From: Ginkgo biloba
Taxonomy: Eukaryota; Plantae; Ginkgophyta
Reading direction: 5' to 3'
Assembly: GCA_024626585.2 (NCBI GenBank)
Contig: JANKJI020000002.1
Coordinates: 218,299,919-218,335,833 of the forward strand
Length of the DNA stretch: 35,915 nucleotides
The position numbers were made by a program, and so were the translations under genes. Positions 1-12,960 of this stretch are shown piece after piece. The notes beneath the pieces are model-generated. The model was not told the origin of the DNA. It made no database searches and saw only the letters and a program-made list of their open reading frames with translations. Position 1 is the first letter of the stretch, and each line of letters begins with the position of its first letter.

Positions 1-369
1 TTTTGGTTTTTAGGATAATCATGTTGTGACTAAAATGGGTATGAGTAAGTAGCTCTGTACTATAAATATTATGACATAATGCACAAAGTTAGGAAAAAGT
101 GCACAAGGTTGTGAAATGAGAAAAATCCTACAATAATGTAAAAAAGGAAAAACCTTACAATAAAGGTAAAATAAGAAAATAAAGCATCCTAAGTCATGAC
201 ATAAATAAATAAAAGAAGANNNNNNNNNNTTGGGAATTGTTAATGAAAAGTGTAATTTCTCATGACAGTGCAAAATGAATAGCTAATTATTTCAAGTCAT
301 GACATAATTCTATTATACATAATAAATTGGTTTATTTTGAATTAAATCCATTTTGAATATTTTGAACAA

Positions 370-500
370 AGTTTTAAATAATATTCATCTTATGTATTTG
401 GAAAGGGAATATTATAGTAAGAAAATAAGAAGATATTTTTTCCTATAAAATAAGTTCATTCATAAATATTCACCATAGTTGAGAGCTTTGGTTTGAATAA
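370..500 (+). repeat. Diverged direct repeat, copy 1 (LTR/3'UTR-like; partner at ~11050-11190)
   Basis: Shared ordered blocks aatattca...tttg(g)aaa(g)ggaatattatag...cctat...ataaata(t/g)tc(a/t)ccatag(t/g)tga, aligned by eye. Confidence 0.55.
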
Positions 501-1779
501 AGTACCTATGTAAGTTGTGTCTCTCTATAGTCCTTACATATATTAATTTAAAGTAATGAAATAGAATTTCAATCATGTCTTGAGTTGTGATGTATTATTT
601 ATTAATGAAATTTTATTAGGAATTTTTGTATGATTCATCATTGTTAAATATTATTAAGATTATAAATTATGTTGCATTAATGGAATTGTGGATGTATTTT
701 TAATTAAATATTATTTTATGAAAATTAATAGTTAAACATTAGTTCCATTGCTAAAAGGAGAAAATATAGTCAATCATGGAAAAATTTGATCTAAAGTTAA
801 GAAGAATTATAAATCTTCTCAGTTCATTAGAAGATTTGTTAGAAGTGTTTAAAAATTAGGCCAAAGAAAGGGTTTAAGGGTATGCAGGAAATATTTGTTA
901 GGTATAATCAAGAGTTTATTAAGGATAATTGAAGGAGACAGAAAGAGCACTTCAAGAGTTTGATATTGAATCCTAGATGTAAATGAAGGATAGATTTGAA
1001 GATTGCGACTAAGATAAGGATTGGTGAACCAAGAATTGGTCATAATTCCATAAGTTATGAGTAATACACATAAATCTTAGATGAGGTAATAATATTAGGT
1101 GGAATTATCATGAATTTTCTACAAATCAGCTGCCGCTTCATAAAATTGCATAGCCTCACCTGTAGATCGATTCGACTTCCTCTTCAATGCCGATCGTTTC
1201 CCCTTCATTATAAATTTGCACAGATGCCATCGCGTCATATCTACTTTGCATGGCGTTTTGATCACAGGCGTTGCTCCTATAATTTTCCTCCACGATTTAT
1301 TTTTTCATTTAATGAATATTTTTTATTTAAAAAAATAAAGAACTAGAAAATAAATATTAAATTCATTCAGTATTCTTGCTCTAATGAAGATTATGTGGTT
1401 AAAGCAAATATAATTACAATTTAGTTGACTCATAATAATGACTAAAACATTAATGATGTGAAAATTTTATGAATTCATGNNNNNNNNNNNNNNNNNNNNN
1501 NNNNNNNNNNNNNNNNNNNNNNNNNNNNNNNNNNNNNNNNNNNNNNNNNNNNNNNNNNNNNNNNNNNNNNNNNNNNNNNNNNNNNNNNNNNNNNNNNNNN
1601 NNNNNNNNNNNNNNNNNNNNNNNNNNNNNNNNNNGAAGAGATTATAGAAATTTTAAAGAAGATCGAATCTAGAAAATAAATTTAAACTTTAATCCATGGT
1701 AGAACATGGAGGGAAAAAATATTACTAATGGTAGCCATAGCAATTAGTAATATTAGTATATTAGGAGGAGGATATAATT

Positions 1780-3050
1780 TAAATATTATGGAAGCTTCAC
1801 TCAAACTTTTAATGTTTAATGGTTTGGGAGATATTTTAAGTCATTAGTTAGAAAATTGATTTATACTATTCTAGAGGAATATAAGATATATTATTTTGTT
1901 GTCCATATGACTTAAAGTATTAGAGATCAAGTAAAATAACATAGCCAAATAATTTGTAGAGAAGTTCTACACAAAGTAGTAAAAATAAAATATGAAGTAG
2001 ATTAGACTAATCTATATGCATTGGATAAAAATAATTAACTAGCTAAGATAATTAATTAATTACAAAAGTACATGAAGATATTTTCTATAAATACTCTAAA
2101 GGATAGAGAGAATATATTATTTAAAGAATTTCATGAGCATAATTATAGAAATAATTGTCCATTGTATGGGAGGAAGGGTATAATTAGGCTAGCACTTCTT
2201 ATGGAGATAGAGGCAAAGGTGAATATATATATATATACATATAATTATCACTTCAAACATAAAATATGGAATCATAGCAAGATAATTTCTAGGAAAATAA
2301 AATAAGGTTGAAAAATAGAGATAATAATAGATAGATAATATTTAGAGTAAATTCAAGGAGTACTAATGAAGAAAAGGAGATAGTAGCATCATATAGAGTT
2401 GATAAAAAACTCATTAGAGATGTAGGATTATGAAATATTTATGTTTAATGATTGGGGTCATACATCCAAGAGATATCCTTTTAAATACTTAGAATAAAAG
2501 TGTGTGAAATATATGGTGTGTGTGATCATGAGAAAAAATATTTTCTTATACTATTAGAAAAGATGAAATCAATTAATATAATGAGATAAGATCCTAATTC
2601 TAGATTGAAATTAGATAAATATATCAATATAATAAGAATATCATACCCACAAGGCTTCCAAAAGGAGCCTGAATGGGGTGGTACTTCAAGAAGGAAGTAT
2701 GAAAATATTGAAAACAAAGGCTAAGATGGAGTACTCCAAAAACTAAATTTTAGAAGAAATAATATAAGAAGGTAAGGTATTTAATCATATAATCTCAAAA
2801 GTNNNNNNNNNNNNNNNNNNNNNNNAAGTAAGTATACAAACCTATAAATATTAAATAATATGAAATAAAAAATGAGATCTTGAGAAGGATCTGATTATAC
2901 TGGGAAAAGTAATGATATTAGAAATACCATATCTACTAGAGATTAAAAATTTATTTGAGTCTTTGTAGAATTAAAAAATATAGAAAAGGAATAATAAAGT
3001 GAAAAAAATAATCAAGAAAAAGGATACTAAACCTTCTATTTAGGTCATAA
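1780..3050 (+). pseudogene. Highly decayed gag / RT-end remnant of Ty3/gypsy element A
   Basis: Manual translation: ~1785 IMEASLKLLMFNGLG resembles a gag N-terminal LPxFxG motif; ~2770 GKVFNHIISK resembles the RT C-terminal GKxLGHIISK motif. Many stops and frameshifts. Collinear with the integrase downstream of the 100-N gap at 3051-3150. Confidence 0.45.
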
Positions 3051-3150
3051 NNNNNNNNNNNNNNNNNNNNNNNNNNNNNNNNNNNNNNNNNNNNNNNNNN
3101 NNNNNNNNNNNNNNNNNNNNNNNNNNNNNNNNNNNNNNNNNNNNNNNNNN

Positions 3151-4130
3151 ATTAGTTGGATTATGGTGGCCTAGATTTTTTCAATGATGCCTATTATTTG
3201 AAAAGAGTATGTGATATGTTTTAGAGATTAGGTAATATAATAGTGAAGGATTTAATTCCTTTGAATCATATTACAACATAGTTTCCTTTAAAAAGTGTGG
3301 AAGAAATTTTATAGTTCTTATTAAACCTCGAGTAAAGAAGACATTATTCAGGTATATAATTTTAACAAATGACAATTTAAGAAAGTGGATTGAAGTTAGA
3401 TCCAGAAGAGATAATGACACTAAAATAGCTATAATTTTATAAAAATATGTTCTAGTCATATTTGGATGTCTTATAGAGTTAGTTAGTGATATGAATACAC
3501 TTAATAAATAAAGTGGTTGAAAGTATGGAAAATGAATTTATGATTTACAATAGAAAGAGGATGCCATATTACACAAGGTGTAATGGATTCATAGAGTATA
3601 ATATCATCTATAATGTGCCTATAAGAATATATTATGTCATATAAAAGGAATGGGATAAAAATATACATGTGGTATTATTGGAATTTAGAACAAATTATAA
3701 TAAATCAAGAGTTCAAGCACCTTTCTAATTGGTTTATGGATAGTAATAAATTCTAGTAAAAGAATTCCAAGTATTGATCTTAATTATAATTAGAAACAAA
3801 TACTATGAACAAAATTATTTATAGGAAAGAATAATATAATTAAATATATTAGAGGAAAAATATTAATGGATAGCTATCATAAATATGTTATTTAAGATAG
3901 AATGAAGAATATTTATGATTGAAAATTTATAGGAATGAGGATCCACCCTAATGATCTAGTTTTTCTATACGATAGACAATCTAACAACATGAATGAGAAG
4001 CTAAAGACAATATGTCTAGGGGCCTATGTTCTAGATAAATTTATGAGAATGGATATTCTACATTATCAAAGATTAATAGTGAAATGGTGTCAAGATGAGT
4101 GAATGGTAATCATTTGAATTTATTTAGATA
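3151..4130 (+). pseudogene. Ty3/gypsy integrase remnant (non-chromovirus, Tat/Ogre/Athila-type), element A
   Basis: LVGLWWPRFFNDA...VCDMF*RLG (GLWWP / CDxCQR zinc-binding region); a decayed PFEKWGIDFVGP-like stretch; RYIILTNDNLRKWIE (cf. RYIIxATDYLTKWVEA); FGCLIELVSD (cf. FGCPxELVSD catalytic Asp region). Many stops. Confidence 0.85.
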
Positions 4131-6769
4131 TTGAAGAAATGGAAGGAATAAAAAATTATAAATATGTCTAGATAGGTTATGTATAAGTTAGAAGAGAATA
4201 AGTAGAAAATTGATTTCATAGGAAAGTACATTATTGTAAGGAAATAAGATGTCACAAGGAAAAGGAATAAGTCATTAACTTAGCAAATTGTAATGACACA
4301 TTGATAAGAGCCTCTAAATCATAAAAAATAAGAAGTTTAGAATTGAAGGGAAGAACAACGATTAGAATGTCATTATAAAAATATTTTAGATGAAGGAATA
4401 ATTAGAATTTATGATTTTTTCCAAAGGAATATTATCCTAAATAATTGACTATGTCACAAGGAATTAAAAAAGATATTAATATATAGTAGATAAGAATGAT
4501 ATTATGAAAATTATTATAAAATTTATAGGGATCAATATGAAAGCATAATAAAAAAAGAATAATGAAATAAGAATGAAAATATGAATCATAAATGAATANN
4601 NNNNNNNNNNNNNNNNNNNNNNNNNNNNNNNNNNNNNNNNNNNNNNNNNNNNNNNNNNNNNNNNNNNNNNNNNNNNNNNNNNNNNNNNNNNNNNNNNNNN
4701 NNNNNNNNNNNNNNNNNNNNNNNNNNNNNNNNNNNNNNNNNNNNNNNNNNNNNNNNNNNNNNNNNNNNNNNNNNNNNNNNNNNNNNNNNNNNNNNNNNNN
4801 NNNNNNNNNNNNNNNNNNNNNNNNNNNNNNNNNNNNNNNNNNNNNNNNNNNNNNNNNNNNNNNNNNNNNNNNNNNNNNNNNNNNNNNNNNNNNNNNNNNN
4901 NNNNNNNNNNNNNNNNNNNNNNNNNNNNNNNNNNCAAAAATATACGAAATGTAAAAAATTATTTAGTAGAGCATAGCACATTAAATTTGATCTAAAATAA
5001 GAAAACATTAAATTAGGTAAATAAGATGGATTTGGATACAGTATAAGAGAATTTGTTTTTTAATCAAGGAGTTTTTATAATAATATATAGAAAAGAACAA
5101 ATAATCCTATAATGTTGCCTTACCCAATGAGGTGGCATTGGATCTAGTGGTTNNNNNNNNNNNNNNNNNNNNNNNNNNNNNNCATATAAACTAGAGGTTA
5201 GTGAATAAATAATTCATATTCATAGATACATTGCACAATTGGAGGGTGAATGGACCAGTAGTGTATCTGATCTATTTTAGATCCTAAAAAAAATGATATT
5301 TTGTTAATTTTTAATAAAATCCTAACTTGTGTTAAAAAGTTAGAGAAATACAATACATTTTGAGTTAAGGTCCTAAAGGAAAGAATTGTGTAAAATTTCA
5401 AAGAGATTTAAAATAAAAGTAAGATCATAGAAAGCAGAGTTGTGGTTTGAAGTTTTTGCTTCGATTTAGATCCAAGACCCTAGTTTTGTTATTTTAAATA
5501 AAAAGCCAAATTGAGGTTAAAATTTAGAAATATATAAGCAAAATTCAATAAAAGGTCCACAACAGAAAATTTGTAGGCTTTCTAACAAGATTTAAAATGA
5601 TCCCAAGAGGAGGTAAAATGGATATTTGGATAAAAAGTTACAAAAAAGGTCATAGCTACTAAAAAAGTATTGAAAATTGCCTATTTTTCTATAACTAGAA
5701 AATATCTTGGATACAAATTCTAAATGGGATGTTAGATTCTTCTCAAACCTCTAGAAATAAGCCTATATGGGGATAATTCCTTAACTTTTAAAGTTTAAAG
5801 TAGTGCTTAAACTTTAAAAGTTACCAATGCTCCAAAACTTGGTCATTTTTCTAACTTTTAAATTTTTGGAATTTTAACATATTAGGATTTTAGTCGATCA
5901 ATATATAGGTATTTTATACTTTATACTATTTCAGAGTTCATCACACCATACCTCTCATAAAGGGTCAATTTAATAGATCTAAAATTCAAATACAAAACAG
6001 TTTTGGAAATCTTTTGGGTCCAAAAACCTAAATAAAAGAAAAGTGCAAAAATTCAAAACAGTTGTAAAAATAGATATGTAATAGGAAAAGAAACTTTGAA
6101 AAGAAAAGGAAAAGATAAGAAGCAAAGATAATCCATGAAGACACTACAATAGAGAAAAACAGTGTATCTAAGAGAGAGAAGCCAAATGAAGGAGAGAGAG
6201 CCACTCCAAACTAAAGAGGAGGATAAATCCACTAAATTCAAATAGAAGGACAAATCTAATAAAATAAAAAGAGGAGGAGTTAAGAGGAGGACATAAAGTC
6301 ACTTAANNNNNNNNNNNNNNNNNNNNNNNNNNNNNNNNNNNNNNNNNNNNNNNNNNNNNNNNNNNNNNNNNNNNNNNNNNNNNNNNNNNNNNNNNNNNNN
6401 NNNNNNAGGAAGGCTCAAATGATTCGAGAGAGTGTGCACTCCTAAAGGGATTCTCAATGTCACTAAAGTAATTTTTAAAGAGTGATTCTTGGTAGAATTA
6501 CACAATCCTTGTGCTACCAAGAGGGATCAAAGGACCTAGGTTGATACTTTATAAAGGTGATACTTGGTCACTCTTGCATTCTAGGTAAGAAAGTTCTCCC
6601 TTAGTAGATAAGGGAGGAAAAATCATCCAATAAGGAAAGGAATTAAGGTAGGAAATAAACTATTTGGCCCCCAAAATATCATACAATGTGGCACAATAAG
6701 GGAGGAGTAAGTTTCTCCTTGTCCTAAGTGAAAAATGCCCCATCCTTATTCACTAAGGAATAAAAAATG

Positions 6770-7235
6770 ATACAAGAGAGTTTGTAGCCCTTGAGGGGCC
6801 AACAATACCACTAGAAAATACTTCAATCATATACTTTAAGGAGGGACAAACACCAAGGAAGCTACTCTTGGTAGCCTTTCATCGTCTTGGTATGATAAGG
6901 AAGGTGTAAGTGACCAAGAGTGCACATAAGTGATACTGGGGCCTACATGATGTGCCTAATATATATTTGAAGCATGTATTCCAAGGAGGGGTAAATACCA
7001 AGGAAGGATTCTCTTGGTATCTTTTCATAATCCTTATGCTATAAAGTAGACTCAAAGTAGCCCAAGAGTGGGAACAATAAAGGAAGGGCCCTTGATGCTA
7101 TCAAAATATATTAGAAGCATGTTCATTGAGAGGAGAGATAAAATATATCCTTGTGTATTCATGAATTTTTGGTATGATCAAGAAGAAATAAATACCCAGG
7201 AAGGATGATCTTGGTAAGATTTTGCATTCCTGGTG
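6770..7235. repeat. Degenerate ~145 bp tandem repeat (2 full units plus partial units)
   Basis: Units start at 6841 and 6986 (gaggg..aaa(c/t)accaaggaag...ctcttggta...ccaagagtg...atatatt(t/a)gaagcatgt); agcatg occurs at 6971 and 7116 (period 145); partial copy at ~7190-7235. Confidence 0.75.
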
Positions 7236-8249
7236 CACTTAGAAAGGATAAAAAAAAAATACTTAGGAAGCATACATGCACTAGGAGGTATTCTCATATG
7301 CGATAAGGTCAACCTCATATATAGGGAATCAATTACCAAGATCATGGAAGCACCTTTAGGATTTAACAAAACTATCATATCAGGGAATCGGCCTGCGAGC
7401 CAAGACCAAAGAAGAATATCACAAGCAAAGGAGTATCCTCTTGGGTGGACCAACATTCTAGACGGATCAAGGAGATGATTCAAGAAAGGAATACAAGTAA
7501 ATACTAGAGTAATGGGGGATAGTGATGTATTTATAATTGCATGTAATGTACATCAATAAGCATGTCTTGATGGACGCTTAAAGAATGCAAGGTGTCTTAT
7601 CAGGATATGACCATGGAGATCATGGGCCAACTCAACCTTAACACTTGATAAGAATTCATTGCCATCACTTTCAAAGAGAAAGAGGCTTTAATTATTTTAA
7701 ATTTATTTCCCCTAATCCATAAACTCCATGCCCANNNNNNNNNNNNNNNNNNNNNNNNNNNNNNNNNNNNNNNNNNNNNNNNNNNNNNNNNNNNNNNNNN
7801 NNNNNNNNNNNNNNNNNNNNNNNNNNNNNNNNNNTTTCTACTTATCTCTCCCTTTATCTCTTTTTGGTGAAAAGAAATGTGAAAGCATTATTTTAAGTTA
7901 TTTATTTTCATCTTTCACACATACACACATATCACACATCTTGATGTGATGTGTCTGGCACAACCCTAAAAGTTGTTTCCCACCCACTCTCAAGCATGGA
8001 TCCACTTTAGGTGTTTATGGTTGGGGGATAGACAGTTGATTAGTGTCCACATATATTATATAAGATCTTATGCTTTGATAAAAATGCTCAAAGTGGATTT
8101 TATGTCATAACTTCCACATTATTTAGTTTGGATTTTATATGATTCCATCAATAATAAGTTATTGTATATTTTTTTCATAATTCTTCAAAAGTAAGCTACG
8201 GTGGGACATTAACTAGGGAAAGTATGAAGGCATGTGTTCTAAGCATGCT

Positions 8250-10942
8250 CTAATTTTACTAACACTTTTACTATCAAAATCATAAATTTTAAAATAAATG
8301 TATACTTAGAAGTAGATATATATTCCCAAGTTCTACAATTATAAGAATTTTTTGTTTGAATGGAAGCTAAAAGAAAAATATGATAAAATATATTTTTGGT
8401 TTTTGAATCTATATGATACTTAGATCAAAGAGTTCCAAACACATAGAGAACCAATAAGGAAAGAGTTCCTAAAGAGTATAAAATAATCCTAAAAAAGATA
8501 GGAGAATTATTTAAGAGAGAGAAAATTCCACTATTTAAAAGTTCTATGGTTATCCATTTTAGAAATTTTCAAAAAATTATCATTGCCATATAATTATTTG
8601 ATAAAATGGATTGGAAAATTAGTACTTACAATATGAATTTTTAAAAATATAAGAATGAAAGTATAAGAGACATGGCTAGAGGAATTGACATTTACAAAAT
8701 TCATTTACATAAAGGAACAATATATAAGAATGCAAATTTTTAATTTTATTTTGTAGAAGCAAATGTAGAATTATTACAATTATTGGAGTAATATGACCCC
8801 TATAAGAAATCTATTTCACTATATAAGACATTTAATTTGATGGATACCTACAAATTGTGTAGCCTTAAATAAGGAAAAAAATGAAAATATGTCATGCGAT
8901 TACACTCTTGAGGGAAAATAAAAATTTACTAAGAAAGAGTTGGGACTCATGATAGAAACAAGAGTCATTAGAGAATTTAGATTAAAAGAAAAAAAGAATG
9001 ATAATTTGGATGAAATACTAGAGTAAAATTAAAATAGACTTTATGAAGAAAGAATATGATGAGGAGTATTATAAATATTAGGACATAAATACTTCTAGGT
9101 AAGTATAGGTCTAGATAACTAAATAACTAAAATTCACTCTAAGGAAAAGTATCAAACTCAAAGAAAAAAGTTGATCTTCAACACTCACAAAATAAGGATG
9201 AGCCACATAACTAAAATAAGAAGAATAATTCATAGATATTTAAGAATATAAATGAACATGTAGGTTCAAATAAGAAGGAAAATAATCCATAGAGATAAAG
9301 GAAGGATAATGAGTCTAAAGAAGGATCAATAAGAAAAGATAAGAAAACCTCAAATGAGCAAGGACAACTAGCTGATTTTATTTGAAAGTAGAAAAGAGAT
9401 GAATCCACTCGTATGAAGAAGATAATGTATTTATTAACCACTACTGTATCTAGATAAAATAGTATTATATAGTATTATACTTGAGTTAAATATACTACAC
9501 AAGCATAGGGTGATGAGTGTAGTGATGAAACACTAAAAAAGAGAAAGAAACTAGATTATCCACATAAAGTTTATAAGCGAGATATATAAGTAAAGGAAGA
9601 ATAAAATGAAAAGGATTTACAAGATGAACATACTGATAAAAAAAAATCAAATGCACGGTATTAGAAAGGTAAATAATATGATGAAGTCATCTTAATCACA
9701 AGAATAGACATGGATGATGCATATACTTTGTGCATCCTAAAGAAGTGTGAGAAATAAAAGTTATTAATGATGAACAAGTATTGAACCTTATAAAATTCAC
9801 ACCTTTGAAAAGGAAATCACACATCTCATTTGATGATAATCAATCAACTAAAATGAAGATGGCATTGACTAGTCCAAATGATGTCACAAGGGGGAAAAAG
9901 GTGGAGATTGTTGATGAAGATCTTAAAATTTAGCAAGTAGATTTACAACCTAATATAATGACATAGTAAAGCATCAAAAAATTTAATAGAGTTTCAAAAA
10001 TTATAAATTTAATATTAGAATGGTATAAAGGTAATGTCAAAGACCTTAAAAATTATTTAGTTTAATTTAATGAAAATATAATGTCTATCTCTAGAACAAA
10101 AGAAGTTATTAATGAAGGTTAGATAGTGACCATAGTGCACACTGATATATTCAAGATAAATTATGTAGTGACACTAACCAAACATGAAACTCCATCATCA
10201 TGAATATATTTTTTTGATGATTTCCATGAAAGGATTTTGTACATTAATGATAAGCATTAGAAAGAGAAAATGAAGGTGGTAGAGAAAAGAGATACTATGA
10301 ATAAATTGGTAGCACAATTATTGCCAAAAAGAGATGAAATTAGGAACAAATAGAAAAAACATGGTTGAAATATATTAGAGCCTATTTGAATAGTAAAGAT
10401 AAATAAAGGTAAAAAATAGTATCCATTTTATCCAATCCTGATTGAGAAGAAAAGGAAACCATTAAGATGGAATTGGATAAAGTCTAAGAAACAATGAAGT
10501 TAGAACTCAAATAATTTAAGTCAATTTAATGAATTAAAAAAATAGACATGCTCTGAGATATAATTAACATTTTATAGAAAAAAAGTGAAGATATGGTGAA
10601 TACTAACATCATTTTTGTCATAGAGAACTAATCTCAAGATTTTGTTAAGATAAAAAATAAGGCGAATGACGATATTGAAAATCTTGCTATAAATTTGAAT
10701 CTAAAGAATAAATTACTACCACAATATGTATATAGTCTAATTTTAGAGCCATCACAATTAAAGTTTCAAGTATCCACTTTAGCCAAAGACATGGAAATTA
10801 CTATTGAAAGAATTAACAAGCTTAAAAAGAATTTACATTTCTTGTAGGATTACCTAGAACCTATTGATGTACTAGATTAATATGAACAAAGTAAGGTAAA
10901 GTATTCCACTTTAAGAGAAAGGAATCAATCATCACCTTCATA
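8250..10942 (+). pseudogene. Possible decayed accessory (non gag-pol) ORF of an LTR retrotransposon 3' region
   Basis: Long purine/A-rich + strand tract with protein-like fragments between stops (IGELFKRE, KFYGYPF, YDPYKKSI, and a K/E-rich C-terminal part ending ...RNQSSPS* at ~10942). It is immediately followed by the LTR-like repeat. No pol motifs seen. Confidence 0.4.
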
Positions 10943-11049
10943 AGGAAATCATAATTAATTACATGGATGTAATCAAACAAATAAGAGTAAAATAAATGTA
11001 CATAGGCTATATACATTATATTTTATTTTTTATTATTTGAATAAGTTAT

Positions 11050-11190
11050 AAAAGTAATATTCAACTAATGAATTTTCTATGGTTTGAAAAGGAATATTAT
11101 AGGATGAATTAGGTGAGTAATTCTCCCTATTAAAGGATTAAAATTATAAATAGTCTCCATAGGTGATATCTTAGTATTGATGAAATAAAT
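11050..11190 (+). repeat. Diverged direct repeat, copy 2 (partner at ~370-500)
   Basis: See copy 1; runs into the N gap at 11205. Confidence 0.55.
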
Positions 11191-12167
11191 TAAATTGACT
11201 TGATNNNNNNNNNNNNNNNNNNNNNNNNNNNNNNNNNNNNNNNNNNNNNNNNNNNNNNNNNNNNNNNNNNNNNNNNNNNNNNNNNNNNNNNNNNNNNNNN
11301 NNNNNNNNNNNNNNNNNNNNNNNNNNNNNNNNNNNNNNNNNNNNNNNNNNNNNNNNNNNNNNNNNNNNNNNNNNNNNNNNNNNNNNNNNNNNNNNNNNNN
11401 NNNNNNNNNNNNNNNNNNNNNNNNNNNNNNNNNNNNNNNNNNNNNNNNNNNNNNNNNNNNNNNNNNNNNNNNNNNNNNNNNNNNNNNNNNNNNNNNNNNN
11501 NNNNNNNNNNNNNNNNNNNNNNNNNNNNNNNNNNNNNNNNNNNNNNNNNNNNNNNNNNNNNNNNNNNNNNNNNNNNNNNNNNNNNNNNNNNNNNNNNNNN
11601 NNNNNNNNNNNNNNNNNNNNNNNNNNNNNNNNNNNNNNNNNNNNNNNNNNNNNNNNNNNNNNNNNNNNNNNNNNNNNNNNNNNNNNNNNNNNNNNNNNNN
11701 NNNNNNNNNNNNNNNNNNNNNNNNNNNNNNNNNNNNNNNNNNNNNNNNNNNNNNNNNNNNNNNNNNNNNNNNNNNNNNNNNNNNNNNNNNNNNNNNNNNN
11801 NNNNNNNNNNNNNNNNNNNNNNNNNNNNNNNNNNNNNNNNNNNNNNNNNNNNNNNNNNNNNNNNNNNNNNNNNNNNNNNNNNNNNNNNNNNNNNNNNNNN
11901 NNNNNNNNNNNNNNNNNNNNNNNNNNNNNNNNNNNNNNNNNNNNNNNNNNNNNNNNNNNNNNNNNNNNNNNNNNNNNNNNNNNNNNNNNNNNNNNNNNNN
12001 NNNNNNNNNNNNNNNNNNNNNNNNNNNNNNNNNNNNNNNNNNNNNNNNNNNNNNNNNNNNNNNNNNNNNNNNNNNNNNNNNNNNNNNNNNNNNNNNNNNN
12101 NNNNNNNNNNNNNNNNNNNNNNNNNNNNNNNNNNNNNNNNNNNNNNNNNNNNNNNNNNNNNNNNNNN

Positions 12168-12181
12168 GGGCTTGGTACCGA
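12168..12181 (-). promoter_or_regulatory. Degenerate primer-binding site (tRNA-iMet type)
   Basis: Minus strand reads ...TGTAACA-TCGGTACCAAGCCC, close to the canonical LTR-end CA followed by TGGTATCAGAGC. Confidence 0.55.
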
Positions 12182-12960
12182 TGTTACAAATTATATCCCT
12201 CCAAGGTTTGTTCATATATATTGAATTATTTCCTTCTCTAACTATAGGAACAATTGACATAAAAAGGAATTAGAAGCTAAATCTTGAGATAAAAGTCCTA
12301 CAAGAGCAACTTAGCTTAGAGCTTTAAAAAGGAGAGGAGGAATAAATAGAGAGACTAAAGTTCCATTTGAGACCTATTATAGTTCCTTTAATTACCATTT
12401 TAAAATATATTCACTTTGACACCCTTGGTTGTAGCTTCCTTTGATCTTATTGACTAGTTCTTTCTTCATAATGTTTAGTCAACTAGTTTGAGAAGATGAA
12501 AATTCATCTTGTTGAAAGTGTAATCCATTTTTTATCATGCCCAAAGGATATTGGTTATAAATGGAAAATTAAATTATTTTAAATATCTAAAATATGTTAT
12601 TTGTTACCCCAACACATTGATTGCATGTCATACTTAGTTTATTTAGGGTTTACCAAATGCACTTTAATAGAAGTAATTGATCACAATCTCTATAAAATTG
12701 ATCAAAAGATTTCAAAATTGGTTGTAAGGTAGTTTTGATAGGTTTTGTAGGCTATCTTATAAAGGACATGACTTCTTGGTGTGAGATTCATTTTCAAAAA
12801 TGAGATATCATTATAAATATCTCAATGTATACTTTCTAAATATGTAAACTTCTTGGTCTAAAAGTGCACTAATTTATATATAATTTGACTACGATCAAAC
12901 TATCCTATTAGGTTTTTACTATTTTTATTATTTTTTGGGTCATATTTTACCATAAATTAA
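12182..12960 (-). mobile_element. Putative LTR of element B
   Basis: Lies downstream of the integrase C-terminus and a purine tract (minus-strand GAAAAAAGAGAGA, ~12962-12974); non-coding; ends in ...TGTAACA followed by the PBS-like site. The 5' TG is not preserved. Confidence 0.5.

Noticed and set aside
7178-7483. Gap-free ORFs of 101 aa and 81 aa
   Set aside because: They overlap the degenerate repeat region and have no recognisable domain; likely chance ORFs.
5300-8051. Possible solo LTR ending ...GTGTCCACA
   Set aside because: It looks LTR-like, but I could not identify a 5' TG boundary, TSD or PBS.
9880-9915. Copia-like PPT/LTR start (AAGGGGG...GGTGGAGATTGTTG)
   Set aside because: No copia coding remnant upstream, and the sequence reads through as VEIVDEDLK within the purine-rich ORF-like tract.
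11190-12273. Long ORFs of 356-357 aa (and similar ones at 4476-5008, 14027-14579, 21248-21857, 24695-25534)
   Set aside because: They consist almost entirely of X from N gaps; artefacts.
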